From an uncultured Christensenellaceae bacterium (lineage in GTDB: Bacteria; Bacillota; Clostridia; Christensenellales; UBA3700): DNA of 64,000 bases. The DNA lies in NCBI GenBank assembly GCA_944380305.1, contig CALWHF010000002.1, positions 14,877 through 78,876 of the forward strand, written 5' to 3'. The notes beneath the pieces are model-generated. The model made no database searches and had not been told where the DNA came from. It worked only from the letters and a program-made list of their open reading frames with translations. Numbering within the stretch: position 1 is the stretch's first letter; every line of letters starts with the position of its first letter. Below are positions 10,213 through 18,334 of the stretch, in pieces. The translations under genes and the position numbers were made by a program.

Positions 10213-11799
10213 TCAGTCCTCCTCGGCAAAATATTCTATCACCTTTTTCTTCTTTTCGGGTTTATTGTCACCGTGCTTGGTGAACAGCATCGTGAAGAAC
10301 GCCACCGCTATACAGCAGACGCCGTACACGAAGATCATGCTTTCGCCGCCCTCGGGGGCCGCGTCGAGTATGAGACCCGCAAAGAACGGAGTGACCGCCT
10401 GGGCAGTCATCGACGCGACATAGTAATATCCCGTATATTGTCCGACGTTGCTGCCCTTCGCAAGCTCGACGACCATCGGGAGCGTGTTTACGTTGATTAT
10501 GACGAGACCGAATCCCGCGATCAGGAAGCACGCGGTAAACGCGACTTTGAGCAGCACGGCGTTGCTGTTGAAACTTCCGTCGTTGAGGAATATGCACGGA
10601 ACGAACGCGGCGACCGCTATTACGACACCTATCAGGATAGTCTTTTTTCTTCCCAGTTTACCCGCAAGCAGAGCGACGGGCAAAAGGGCGATCGCGCCGC
10701 CCGCGCCGTTGAGGATATTGATTATTCCGACGAAACTGTCTTCCATCTTGAGCACGTTGGTCGCGTAGGTGGAAAGATGCGTCTTGATAGCGTTCCAGCC
10801 CATGAACCACATGAACACAGTGCCGAGTATAAGCACGAAAGAAATGATCTTTTCCTTGGGAAGTCTCGAATATACTGCGACCTCTTCTTCGTCAACGATG
10901 TTCCACTTCTTCTCTTCTTCGAGCCTCTCTGCGACGAACTTGTTTTCTCTGACAGTGCACAGGAAAGCTATCAGCATGACTACCATAACGCCCGCGAGCG
11001 TGAAGAACAGCGCGAGGTGCGACTGGTATCTCTGTTTCGCAAGCAGCGTATAGAGAATGATAGACGCGAGACCGCCCGCTCCGCCCATAAAGGTTATGAT
11101 CGCGTTAGCCTGCGATCTGAGGGGCTTGGGCGTGACGTCGGGCATCAGTGCGATTGCGGGAGATCTGAACGAAGACATAGCCACAAGCACGCCGAAAAGC
11201 GCGATGATGAAGCAGATGAATATCGCGGGCTGTGTCTTGGTAACGCTTGCCGCCATTGCCTCCTGAGCCGAATAGAACGATGACAGGAAGCCGTTGAACG
11301 CGACAAGTTTGTCTCCGCTGAGCACGTCGCTGGCCTTGTCTATGCCGCCCGCCGCGATCACCTGCGCCCACATATCCTGAATATCCGCGCTCCACGCGTC
11401 GGCTTTGAGGAAACCTTTGTCTACAAGCACCTGCGGTTCGGTTATGCTTGCCGCCATGACTTTCTCGAACTGCACGTTCTCGATTATTATCATGACGACC
11501 ATGAATACCACGGCAAGCAGCGTGCCTATCACGATGAAAGTCGTACGTCTGCCGTATTTTGCCTTTGTGTATTTATCCGAAAGATGCCCGAAAAACGGGA
11601 GCAGGAATATCGCGAGAAGATTGTCAATACCCATTACGAGTCCGTACTGAGTCGCATTGAGACCGAATACGCGGTTGAGGATAAGCGGCATGATGTAGTC
11701 GTACACTTCCCAGAAACACATTATCCCCATAAACGCGAAGCCGACGACAAGCGTGCGTTTCACGTTGAGAGTCATAGCGGAATCGTCTTTTTGTTTCAT
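10213..11799 (-). CDS. MFS transporter (GPH/SLC45-like sugar:cation symporter type)
   Basis: 528 aa and polytopic. N-terminal LLPFFGHLSDKYTKAKYGRRTTFIVIG resembles the MFS loop 2-3 motif. A long extracytoplasmic insert follows TM3-4. Confidence 0.75.
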   Translation of the reverse strand: MKQKDDSAMTLNVKRTLVVGFAFMGIMCFWEVYDYIMPLILNRVFGLNATQYGLVMGIDNLLAIFLLPFFGHLSDKYTKAKYGRRTTFIVIGTLLAVVFMVVMIIIENVQFEKVMAASITEPQVLVDKGFLKADAWSADIQDMWAQVIAAGGIDKASDVLSGDKLVAFNGFLSSFYSAQEAMAASVTKTQPAIFICFIIALFGVLVAMSSFRSPAIALMPDVTPKPLRSQANAIITFMGGAGGLASIILYTLLAKQRYQSHLALFFTLAGVMVVMLIAFLCTVRENKFVAERLEEEKKWNIVDEEEVAVYSRLPKEKIISFVLILGTVFMWFMGWNAIKTHLSTYATNVLKMEDSFVGIINILNGAGGAIALLPVALLAGKLGRKKTILIGVVIAVAAFVPCIFLNDGSFNSNAVLLKVAFTACFLIAGFGLVIINVNTLPMVVELAKGSNVGQYTGYYYVASMTAQAVTPFFAGLILDAAPEGGESMIFVYGVCCIAVAFFTMLFTKHGDNKPEKKKKVIEYFAEED

Positions 11800-11873
11800 A
11801 ATCTCTCCTTTGTCATATTATTTGGATAACGATCGCGCGCGTGCGCGCCGTTTATAATAACATCCTACTAGAC

Positions 11874-11902
11874 AGTATAACAGCCCTTCGAGGATTTTTC
11901 AA
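11874..11902 (-). promoter_or_regulatory. sigma-70-type promoter for the five-gene minus-strand operon
   Basis: On the minus strand: TTGAAA, a 17-nt spacer, TATACT, about 70 nt upstream of the MFS start. Confidence 0.5.
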
Positions 11903-12125
11903 TAAAATTCTTTCAAGTTTCTGCTCACCCCGTCCCGTCCCGTCCTCTTTTTAGGTGAAAAAAGCGCGAAAAGACGCGGTTTTTTGTCGTTTTCGCCGCA
12001 ACGTTTTTCTCTGTCGGGACGGCTTTTGCCGATACGGTTTACTCCTCCCGTTTTCCCTTTGCGGGACTGTTTTTTTCTCTCCTCGGAAATATATTGAAAA
12101 AACGTTAAAATTTACCCCTAAATGC

Positions 12126-12154
12126 TTGACAAACATACGCATAATTTCTATAAT
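12126..12154 (+). promoter_or_regulatory. consensus sigma-70 promoter of the XRE-cupin regulator / pot operon
   Basis: TTGACA (12126-12131), a 17-nt spacer, TATAAT (12149-12154). Confidence 0.65.
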
Positions 12155-12170
12155 CGACTTGTTTAATAAA

Positions 12171-12189
12171 AATAAACTCGAAGTTTATT
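12171..12189. promoter_or_regulatory. 7-5-7 inverted repeat, candidate operator
   Basis: AATAAAC-TCGAA-GTTTATT lies just downstream of the predicted transcription start and upstream of the regulator gene. Confidence 0.35.
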
Positions 12190-12246
12190 GTGTCAAATTA
12201 TAAATTACGTCGGGTTTAACAATACTAAACTAACGGAGGCGATAAA

Positions 12247-12780
12247 GTGGACATAGGCGGAAAACTCAAAGCGATGCGACTTCAATGCGGACTTACGCAG
12301 GAAGAACTCGCGGACCGCTGCGAATTGACGAAAGGCTACATATCTCAGCTCGAGAACAATTTGACCAGCCCGTCGATCGCGACGCTTATCGATATTCTGA
12401 CTGCACTCGGGAGCAATCTCAAGAGCTTTTTCAGCGAGGATACCGAAGAACAGATCGTATTTTGCGAGGGAGATTTCTTCGTGAAAGAATCGGACGGACA
12501 GTCCGTGACATGGCTCGTCCCGAACAGCCAGAAAAACGAGATGGAACCGATACTGATGCGTCTCGACCCTCATACTCAATCAACCGAAGATATGCCGCAC
12601 GAAGGCGAAGAGTTCGGTTATCTTATGAAAGGCACCGCGGTGCTGCATATAGGCAAGCAGACTTTCGCGCTCAAACAAGGCGATTCGTTCTACTTTACCG
12701 CGCACAAAAGACACTATGTGGAAAACCGTTCCGACGGGATCTGCGAACTGCTGTGGGTCAGCAGCCCCCCTACATTCTGA
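12247..12780 (+). CDS. XRE-family HTH plus cupin-domain transcriptional regulator (PuuR-like)
   Basis: GTG start with RBS GGAGG. N-terminal HTH is LKAMRLQCGLTQEELADRCELTKGYISQLEN. C-terminal cupin is HEGEEFGYLMKGTAVLHIG..GDSFYF. Confidence 0.85.
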   Translation: MDIGGKLKAMRLQCGLTQEELADRCELTKGYISQLENNLTSPSIATLIDILTALGSNLKSFFSEDTEEQIVFCEGDFFVKESDGQSVTWLVPNSQKNEMEPILMRLDPHTQSTEDMPHEGEEFGYLMKGTAVLHIGKQTFALKQGDSFYFTAHKRHYVENRSDGICELLWVSSPPTF

Positions 12781-12798
12781 TATACGGGAGATAATACC

Positions 12799-14496
12799 AT
12801 GGAAGAAAAGAAGACGAACGGCAAAGCCGAATATATCATTGAGCTCAAGGATCTTACCAAAATTTACGACGGCAAGACCGTGGTCGACCATATCAATCTG
12901 AAGATAAAGCGCGGCGAATTCGTGACCCTTCTGGGACCGAGCGGCTGCGGCAAGACCACTACTCTGCGCATGATAGCGGGATTCGAACGACCCGAAGAAG
13001 GCACGATCACGCTCGAAGGAAAGGACATCGCAGAGCTTCCTCCCTACAAGCGTCCCGTCAATACCGTATTTCAAAAATACGCGCTGTTCCCTCACCTGAA
13101 CGTCTATAAGAACATCGCGTTCGGGCTGAAACTGAAAAAAGTCGAAGTGACGAAGAAAAACATCTTCGGAAAGGAAATCACGAGACTCGTCAACATGGCG
13201 TATATGCCCGTCGAGCAGAAAGTGACCAAAAAGGACGGCTCCGAGGTCGTGAAGACCGTGCCTTTCTGCCGCTCCTATCAGATGATGACCGTAACCACCA
13301 AAAAGGGCATCAAAAAGCTCAAAAAGGTGAATATGTATAAGAAATTCATAGACGACAAGGTCAAACACGCACTCAAGATCGTAGGTCTTTCGGGCTACGA
13401 AGACAGAGACGTCAACAGTTTATCGGGCGGACAGCAACAGAGAGTCGCGATCGCCCGCGCGATAGTCAACGAGCCTCAGATACTTCTGCTCGACGAGCCG
13501 CTCGGCGCGCTCGACCTCAAGATGAGACAGGAGATGCAGCTCGAACTGAAAGATATGCACAAAAAGCTGGGCATCACGTTCATCTACGTCACTCACGACC
13601 AGGAAGAGGCACTGACGATGAGCGATACCGTCGTAGTCATGAAAGACGGCGTTATCTGCCAGGAAGGCACGCCTATCGAGATATACAACGAGCCGACGAG
13701 CGCGTACGTCGCCGACTTCATAGGCGAATCCAACATCCTCGACGGCGTGATGCCCGAAGATAAAAAGGTCTTATTCGCGGGTGCGGAATTCGAATGCGTC
13801 GACACGGGCTTTGCCCCCAACGAAGAAGTCGACGTCGTCATCCGTCCCGAAGACTGGGTAATCAAACGCGAAGGCAACGGAATACTAAACGGCGAGATCA
13901 CGGGTTGCATGTTCCGCGGCGTGCACTACGAAATGACCTGCATGGCGGGCGGATACGAACTTATCCTGCACAATACCGTCGAGTACAAACCCGGCAGAAA
14001 GATAGGTCTCTACGTCGATCCCGAGAATATTCAGATAATGCACAAGGAGCATGTAAACAACACTCTCCCCGTCAGATTCACGTCCAACACAACGTTCGAT
14101 CTGTGCGGAGGCACATACGAATTCTCCCCCGCGGCATGCTTTGACAACTGCGAGTACGACGAAGAAAACGACGTGCTGAAGATCAACGGCGAAGAGATCG
14201 CGCTCAAGGGAAAAGAGGCAAAGGTCAGCTTCGAATTCGACTCGATCGACATGAACGACGACGAATACGCGTCTCCCCTCGCGGGCAACGTGGAGAGCAT
14301 GATCTACAAGGGCAAGAACTACCTCGTGGACATAAAGACGGACGACAACCGTCACATATACGCCGACACCGAATATCTGTGGGACAAAGGCGACAGAGTC
14401 GGCATAACGATAGAGAAGGACAAGTTTACTTTCTCGGATTGCGACTTCATCGCGAAAGAGGGTTTTACCTACACGGGAGAAGAAAAAAATGCGTAA
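12799..14496 (+). CDS. potA: spermidine/putrescine ABC transporter ATPase PotA, unusually long (565 aa)
   Basis: GPSGCGKTT Walker [15 protein letters not shown] signature and [11 protein letters not shown] Walker B. A ~60-aa insertion lies between the Q-loop region and the signature. Two TOBE-like C-terminal segments are present. Confidence 0.85.
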   Translation: MEEKKTNGKAEYIIELKDLTKIYDGKTVVDHINLKIKRGEFVTLLGPSGCGKTTTLRMIAGFERPEEGTITLEGKDIAELPPYKRPVNTVFQKYALFPHLNVYKNIAFGLKLKKVEVTKKNIFGKEITRLVNMAYMPVEQKVTKKDGSEVVKTVPFCRSYQMMTVTTKKGIKKLKKVNMYKKFIDDKVKHALKIVGLSGYEDRDVNSLSGGQQQRVAIARAIVNEPQILLLDEPLGALDLKMRQEMQLELKDMHKKLGITFIYVTHDQEEALTMSDTVVVMKDGVICQEGTPIEIYNEPTSAYVADFIGESNILDGVMPEDKKVLFAGAEFECVDTGFAPNEEVDVVIRPEDWVIKREGNGILNGEITGCMFRGVHYEMTCMAGGYELILHNTVEYKPGRKIGLYVDPENIQIMHKEHVNNTLPVRFTSNTTFDLCGGTYEFSPAACFDNCEYDEENDVLKINGEEIALKGKEAKVSFEFDSIDMNDDEYASPLAGNVESMIYKGKNYLVDIKTDDNRHIYADTEYLWDKGDRVGITIEKDKFTFSDCDFIAKEGFTYTGEEKNA

Positions 14497-15268
14497 TACG
14501 TTCAGAAAAATGCTGGCGACGCCCTACGCGTTGTTCATGGCTCTTTTCGTGATACTGCCGATAATCCTGATCGCGGTCTACGCATTCGTGGACAGCGAGG
14601 GCGCGTTCACTCTGCTGGGAAACTTCAAAGAACTGACCAAGGAAAAGTCCCTCGTAAACGTGATAAAGAATTCGGTGATAGCGGGTCTCAGCACGAGCCT
14701 GATATGCCTTCTGATCGGATACCCGATCGCCTACTATCTGACCAAAAAGGAATTCAACCGCACGGGTGTCATCATAGGTCTTTTCCTCGTGCCGATGTGG
14801 GTCAACTTCCTGCTCAGAATGATGTCGACGAAGGCGGTGTTCAACGTGCTCGGCATCCCTCTCGGAATGGGAACGGTCATTTACGGTCTCTGTTACGAAT
14901 TTCTGCCGTTCATGATAATGCCGATATACACCACCCTGCTCAAGATAGACAAAATGTACCTCGAAGGCGCGGAGGATCTCGGCGCGACGCCTGTCAAGGC
15001 GTTCTGGAAAGTGACGGTGCCGCTCTCCCTTCCCGGCGTGCTCAGCGGACTCACGATGGTGATAATCCCGTCAATCACGACTTTCGCGGTCTCGGAGATA
15101 CTTTCGGACAACAAGATAAAGCTCCTAGGAGACTTCATTTACAATCTCAAGGCGTACAACCTCAATATGGCAAGCGCAATCTCCCTCGTGCTGATGGTGC
15201 TTCTCGCCGTATCGATGTTGATAACCAATAAATTCAGCGACGGAGAACAAGGAGGCGGAATATGGTAA
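14489..15268 (+). CDS. potB: spermidine/putrescine ABC transporter permease PotB
   Basis: 259 aa, 6 TM, with EAA-loop-like [26 protein letters not shown]. It overlaps the potA stop. Confidence 0.85.
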   Translation: MRNTFRKMLATPYALFMALFVILPIILIAVYAFVDSEGAFTLLGNFKELTKEKSLVNVIKNSVIAGLSTSLICLLIGYPIAYYLTKKEFNRTGVIIGLFLVPMWVNFLLRMMSTKAVFNVLGIPLGMGTVIYGLCYEFLPFMIMPIYTTLLKIDKMYLEGAEDLGATPVKAFWKVTVPLSLPGVLSGLTMVIIPSITTFAVSEILSDNKIKLLGDFIYNLKAYNLNMASAISLVLMVLLAVSMLITNKFSDGEQGGGIW

Positions 15269-16089
15269 GAAAGATAGTCGTCAGACTTTTCATCGGCATC
15301 GTACTCGTACTTCTCTATCTGCCCATCGTCTGGATGATAGTGTTCTCGTTCTCTGATACGCCGTCGTTCAGCAACTGGAACGGCTTTACTTTCCAGAACT
15401 ACATCGACCTGTTCACGGGACAAAGCTCCAACGCGAGCCGCATACAGGAAGCCGTCGTAAACACGCTTTTCGTCGGCGCGTGCACGAGTCTTTTGTCCAC
15501 CCTGCTCGGCACTCTGGGCGCGATAGGTCTGCACGCGATACACAACAAGAGGATCAAGGCGGTTTACAGCACCTCCAACCAGATCCCGATGATCAACAGC
15601 GAAATTGTCACCGCGATCGCGCTCGCACTGCTGTTCAACCTGATAGCGACCGTGATCCCGATCTCGGAAGGCACATGGATAGAAACGGCGATCAAGCTGA
15701 TTCTCGCGCATACCACGTTCTGCACCCCCTACGTTCTGCTCAACGTGCTGCCGAGACTGCAGAAATCCGATTATAAGATATACGAAGCCGCGCTCGATCT
15801 CGGCTGCACGCCGGCTAAAGCGATGTGGAAGGTCGTCATTCCCGACATCCTGCCCGGTATCGTAGTCGGCGCACTGCTCGCTTTCACGCTGTCCATCGAC
15901 GACTTTGTTATAACCAAGGTCAACGTGACCAGTTTCGAAACTCTGTCCACGATGCTGTACGGTCTCAAGAGCGGAAAACATCCGCTCCCCGCGGACATCA
16001 AATCGCTGTTCTCGATAATCTTCTTTATCGTCTTTGCCGCGATAATGATCATGTACAGTCCAAAAAGACAGGCGAAACAAAACAAATAA
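15262..16089 (+). CDS. potC: spermidine/putrescine ABC transporter permease PotC
   Basis: 275 aa with YEAALDLGCTPAKAMWKVVIPDILPG as the EAA loop. It overlaps potB by 7 nt. Confidence 0.85.
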   Translation: MVRKIVVRLFIGIVLVLLYLPIVWMIVFSFSDTPSFSNWNGFTFQNYIDLFTGQSSNASRIQEAVVNTLFVGACTSLLSTLLGTLGAIGLHAIHNKRIKAVYSTSNQIPMINSEIVTAIALALLFNLIATVIPISEGTWIETAIKLILAHTTFCTPYVLLNVLPRLQKSDYKIYEAALDLGCTPAKAMWKVVIPDILPGIVVGALLAFTLSIDDFVITKVNVTSFETLSTMLYGLKSGKHPLPADIKSLFSIIFFIVFAAIMIMYSPKRQAKQNK

Positions 16090-16153
16090 GCATCCTGCCC
16101 GCGCTGCGGAAAAGGAATAAACATAAAAACTATTTTTACGCAAGGAGTATCTT

Positions 16154-17494
16154 ATGAAGAAGAGAATCACTATTGTAGCTATGGTTCTGGTCCTCGCTCT
16201 CGCCCTCGTGCTCCCCGTCGTTCTCACGGGTTGCCAGGACAGAAGCGAAGTCCTCAAAGTCTACACCTGGTCCGAATATCTCGGCGAAAACGTAGAAGAA
16301 GAATTCGAAGAATATTACACTTCGGTCACGGGCAAAAAAGTTACCGTCAAAATCGAATATTTCGACGAAAACGAAATGATGTACACTCAGATCAAAACTT
16401 CGAAAGCAGATTACGACGTTATATGTCCGTCTGATTACATGATCGAAAAAATGATCAACGAAGATCTTCTGATCAAGCTCGACGACATTTCGTCTTACGG
16501 CTACGAAGGACTCGAGGATTACAGAGACGGTATGTCCGATCTCGTAATGAGCGGTGAAAACAATCTGTTCAAATACGACTATGACAAAGAAACCGGCGAA
16601 TACAACACTTACAGCCGCACCTATATGTGGGGTACGATGGGTGTGCTTTACGCGAAGGATTCGACCGCTTATAAGAATACTCAGTACGGCACCTACTCTT
16701 CCATGCAGGAATACGTCGAAGCAAACGGTTGGTCTGTTTTCTCCGACCCCGCAATGAAAGACGTATTCAAGCTCAAGAACTCGATGAGAGACACCTATGT
16801 CAGCGCATCTGTATATACCCTTCTCAACGAAAAGTCTAAATACTACGATCCTAGCGTGAACGTTTCAGCTGCTCTCAATGCGACCGACAGCGCGACAGTT
16901 GCCAAGATCGAAGAGATGATGTCCGCACAGTATAATCTCTCCAAGGGTCTCGAAAACGACGAAGGCAAAGAGGAGATCATCTCGGGAGACATCGATATGG
17001 TTCTCCAGTGGGCAGGCGACGCTCTCTACGCAATGACCAGCCTTCAGGAAGAGCTCGACGTATACAGAGATCTCGGTTACTTTGTCCCCGAAGAAGGTTC
17101 CAACATCTTCAGCGACGGCTGGTGCATCCCCAAGTACGCTAAAAACATCAAGGCGGCTAACCTGTGGATCAACTTCATGTGCCGTCCCGACATCGCCGTC
17201 AGAAACATGGATTACATCTGCTACACCTCGGGCGTGGCGTCCGAAGAGGCTTTCGACTATCTCGTCGAGAACTGGGAGAGCGACGCTGCCGACGCTATCG
17301 AAGTAGACCTGTCCTACTTCTTCGGTAATGACTGCGGTTTCGAAACGACGATAATGATCGCTCCCGCGGACTACGAGGCATTCACCGCCCTGTTCCCGAC
17401 CCAGCAGGTCATCGATAGATGCGCCGTAATGCTCGACTTCGGTGACGCGACGAACGATATGAACAGACTGTGGAGAGACGTCACGGGTCAATAA
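16154..17494 (+). CDS. potD: polyamine ABC transporter substrate-binding lipoprotein PotD-like
   Basis: Signal peptide with lipobox LTGC. The body (VYTWSEYL..YDVICPSDYMIEKM) is typical of PotD/PotF-family binding proteins, and it is the last gene of the pot operon. Confidence 0.8.
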   Translation: MKKRITIVAMVLVLALALVLPVVLTGCQDRSEVLKVYTWSEYLGENVEEEFEEYYTSVTGKKVTVKIEYFDENEMMYTQIKTSKADYDVICPSDYMIEKMINEDLLIKLDDISSYGYEGLEDYRDGMSDLVMSGENNLFKYDYDKETGEYNTYSRTYMWGTMGVLYAKDSTAYKNTQYGTYSSMQEYVEANGWSVFSDPAMKDVFKLKNSMRDTYVSASVYTLLNEKSKYYDPSVNVSAALNATDSATVAKIEEMMSAQYNLSKGLENDEGKEEIISGDIDMVLQWAGDALYAMTSLQEELDVYRDLGYFVPEEGSNIFSDGWCIPKYAKNIKAANLWINFMCRPDIAVRNMDYICYTSGVASEEAFDYLVENWESDAADAIEVDLSYFFGNDCGFETTIMIAPADYEAFTALFPTQQVIDRCAVMLDFGDATNDMNRLWRDVTGQ

Positions 17495-17514
17495 GTTTCA
17501 AATCAGAACGACAA

Positions 17515-17544
17515 ACCGTCTGCCTGTACGGCAGGCGGTTTTTT
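17515..17544 (+). terminator. intrinsic terminator of the pot operon
   Basis: 10-bp stem ACCGTCTGCC / GGCAGGCGGT (one G-U pair), loop TGTAC, then a T6 run. Confidence 0.8.
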
Positions 17545-18284
17545 CATGTCACTTCGACTGCGTCGTCACGCAACGACAGTCACCTTTTTCATTATATTGC
17601 GATCTAAAAGCCACGCAGTATGTTTTATAAAATACGAAGTCGTCTGCATATGTCGGTATCGGCATAGAACGATTAAAACTCGGGTTATTTCGGACAGACA
17701 CTATGCCATAGCTCGAACGGAAACTCTCTCGTACGATCTTTGCCTGCATCTCTCTTCTCTGTCGCGAAGGCATACCGAAACAAGTTGATCGGCTTTACAG
17801 AATATCGGACGCAAGCCTTTTGTCCTTTCATAATCGTATCTGTCAGACAACTAGATCGAAAAACACATCTCAGACAGACAAATCGTTTCAATATGAAATT
17901 CAGAGAATTGAACGCATTGAAACATACTATCGTTCTTTTTCTTCCTTTTCGGATGCATGTCTGACAAAACGGTACAAGCTCAGATAAAGCACCTTGCGCG
18001 CAGCGAACATTTTTCTGTTGTCTTCCGCTGTTTGTTTCGCAAACGGAACTCATCTGTTTTCGATACGATTTATAGGTCTCTTAACTCAAAACTTTACGAC
18101 AAACGTCCGTTTGTCAGAACGCTAGAAAAAATCATCGTGTGCTGCACAAGCCGTTCATACCGGCAGCCCCCGTAGATTCGAAACATATAACGGATAGTAC
18201 CAAGACATATTGCCGAAGCGTATCACGCGGCAGTTTCAAAATTCGGCGTTAAAACGAGTCTTTGTAATCGTTATCTCATAACAA

Positions 18285-18315
18285 TAAAAAAGACCGACGC
18301 TTAACCGCGTCGGTC
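18285..18315 (-). terminator. intrinsic terminator of the GLUG-repeat lipoprotein gene
   Basis: Stem GACCGACGC / GCGTCGGTC, followed on the minus strand by a T7 run. Confidence 0.8.
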
Positions 18316-18334
18316 GGAATAAACTATATTTACG

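Noticed and set aside
10162-11283. 373-aa ORF on the plus strand; similar cases at 15139-16257 (-), 12580-13368 (-), 21282-22301 (-), 26694-27950 (+), 31514-32449 (+), 34882-35778 (+), 53567-54562 (+), 55673-56434 (+), 56639-57478 (-), 59635-60510 (+), 63054-63723 (+)
   Set aside because: Each lies opposite a gene with strong family motifs, lacks an RBS and translates to low-complexity sequence. I treat all of them as antisense shadows.
11834-11848. 15-nt alternating pyrimidine-purine tract CGCGCGCGTGCGCGC in the 5' leader of the MFS operon
   Set aside because: It could form a tight hairpin or Z-DNA, but it is short and unique, and I cannot tie it to a function.
18098-18115. Perfect 8-2-8 palindrome GACAAACG-TC-CGTTTGTC
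   Set aside because: An isolated palindrome of this size is expected by chance about once in a 64-kb window when several spacings are allowed, and no gene is nearby to regulate. It is mentioned only as part of the ORF-free spacer.
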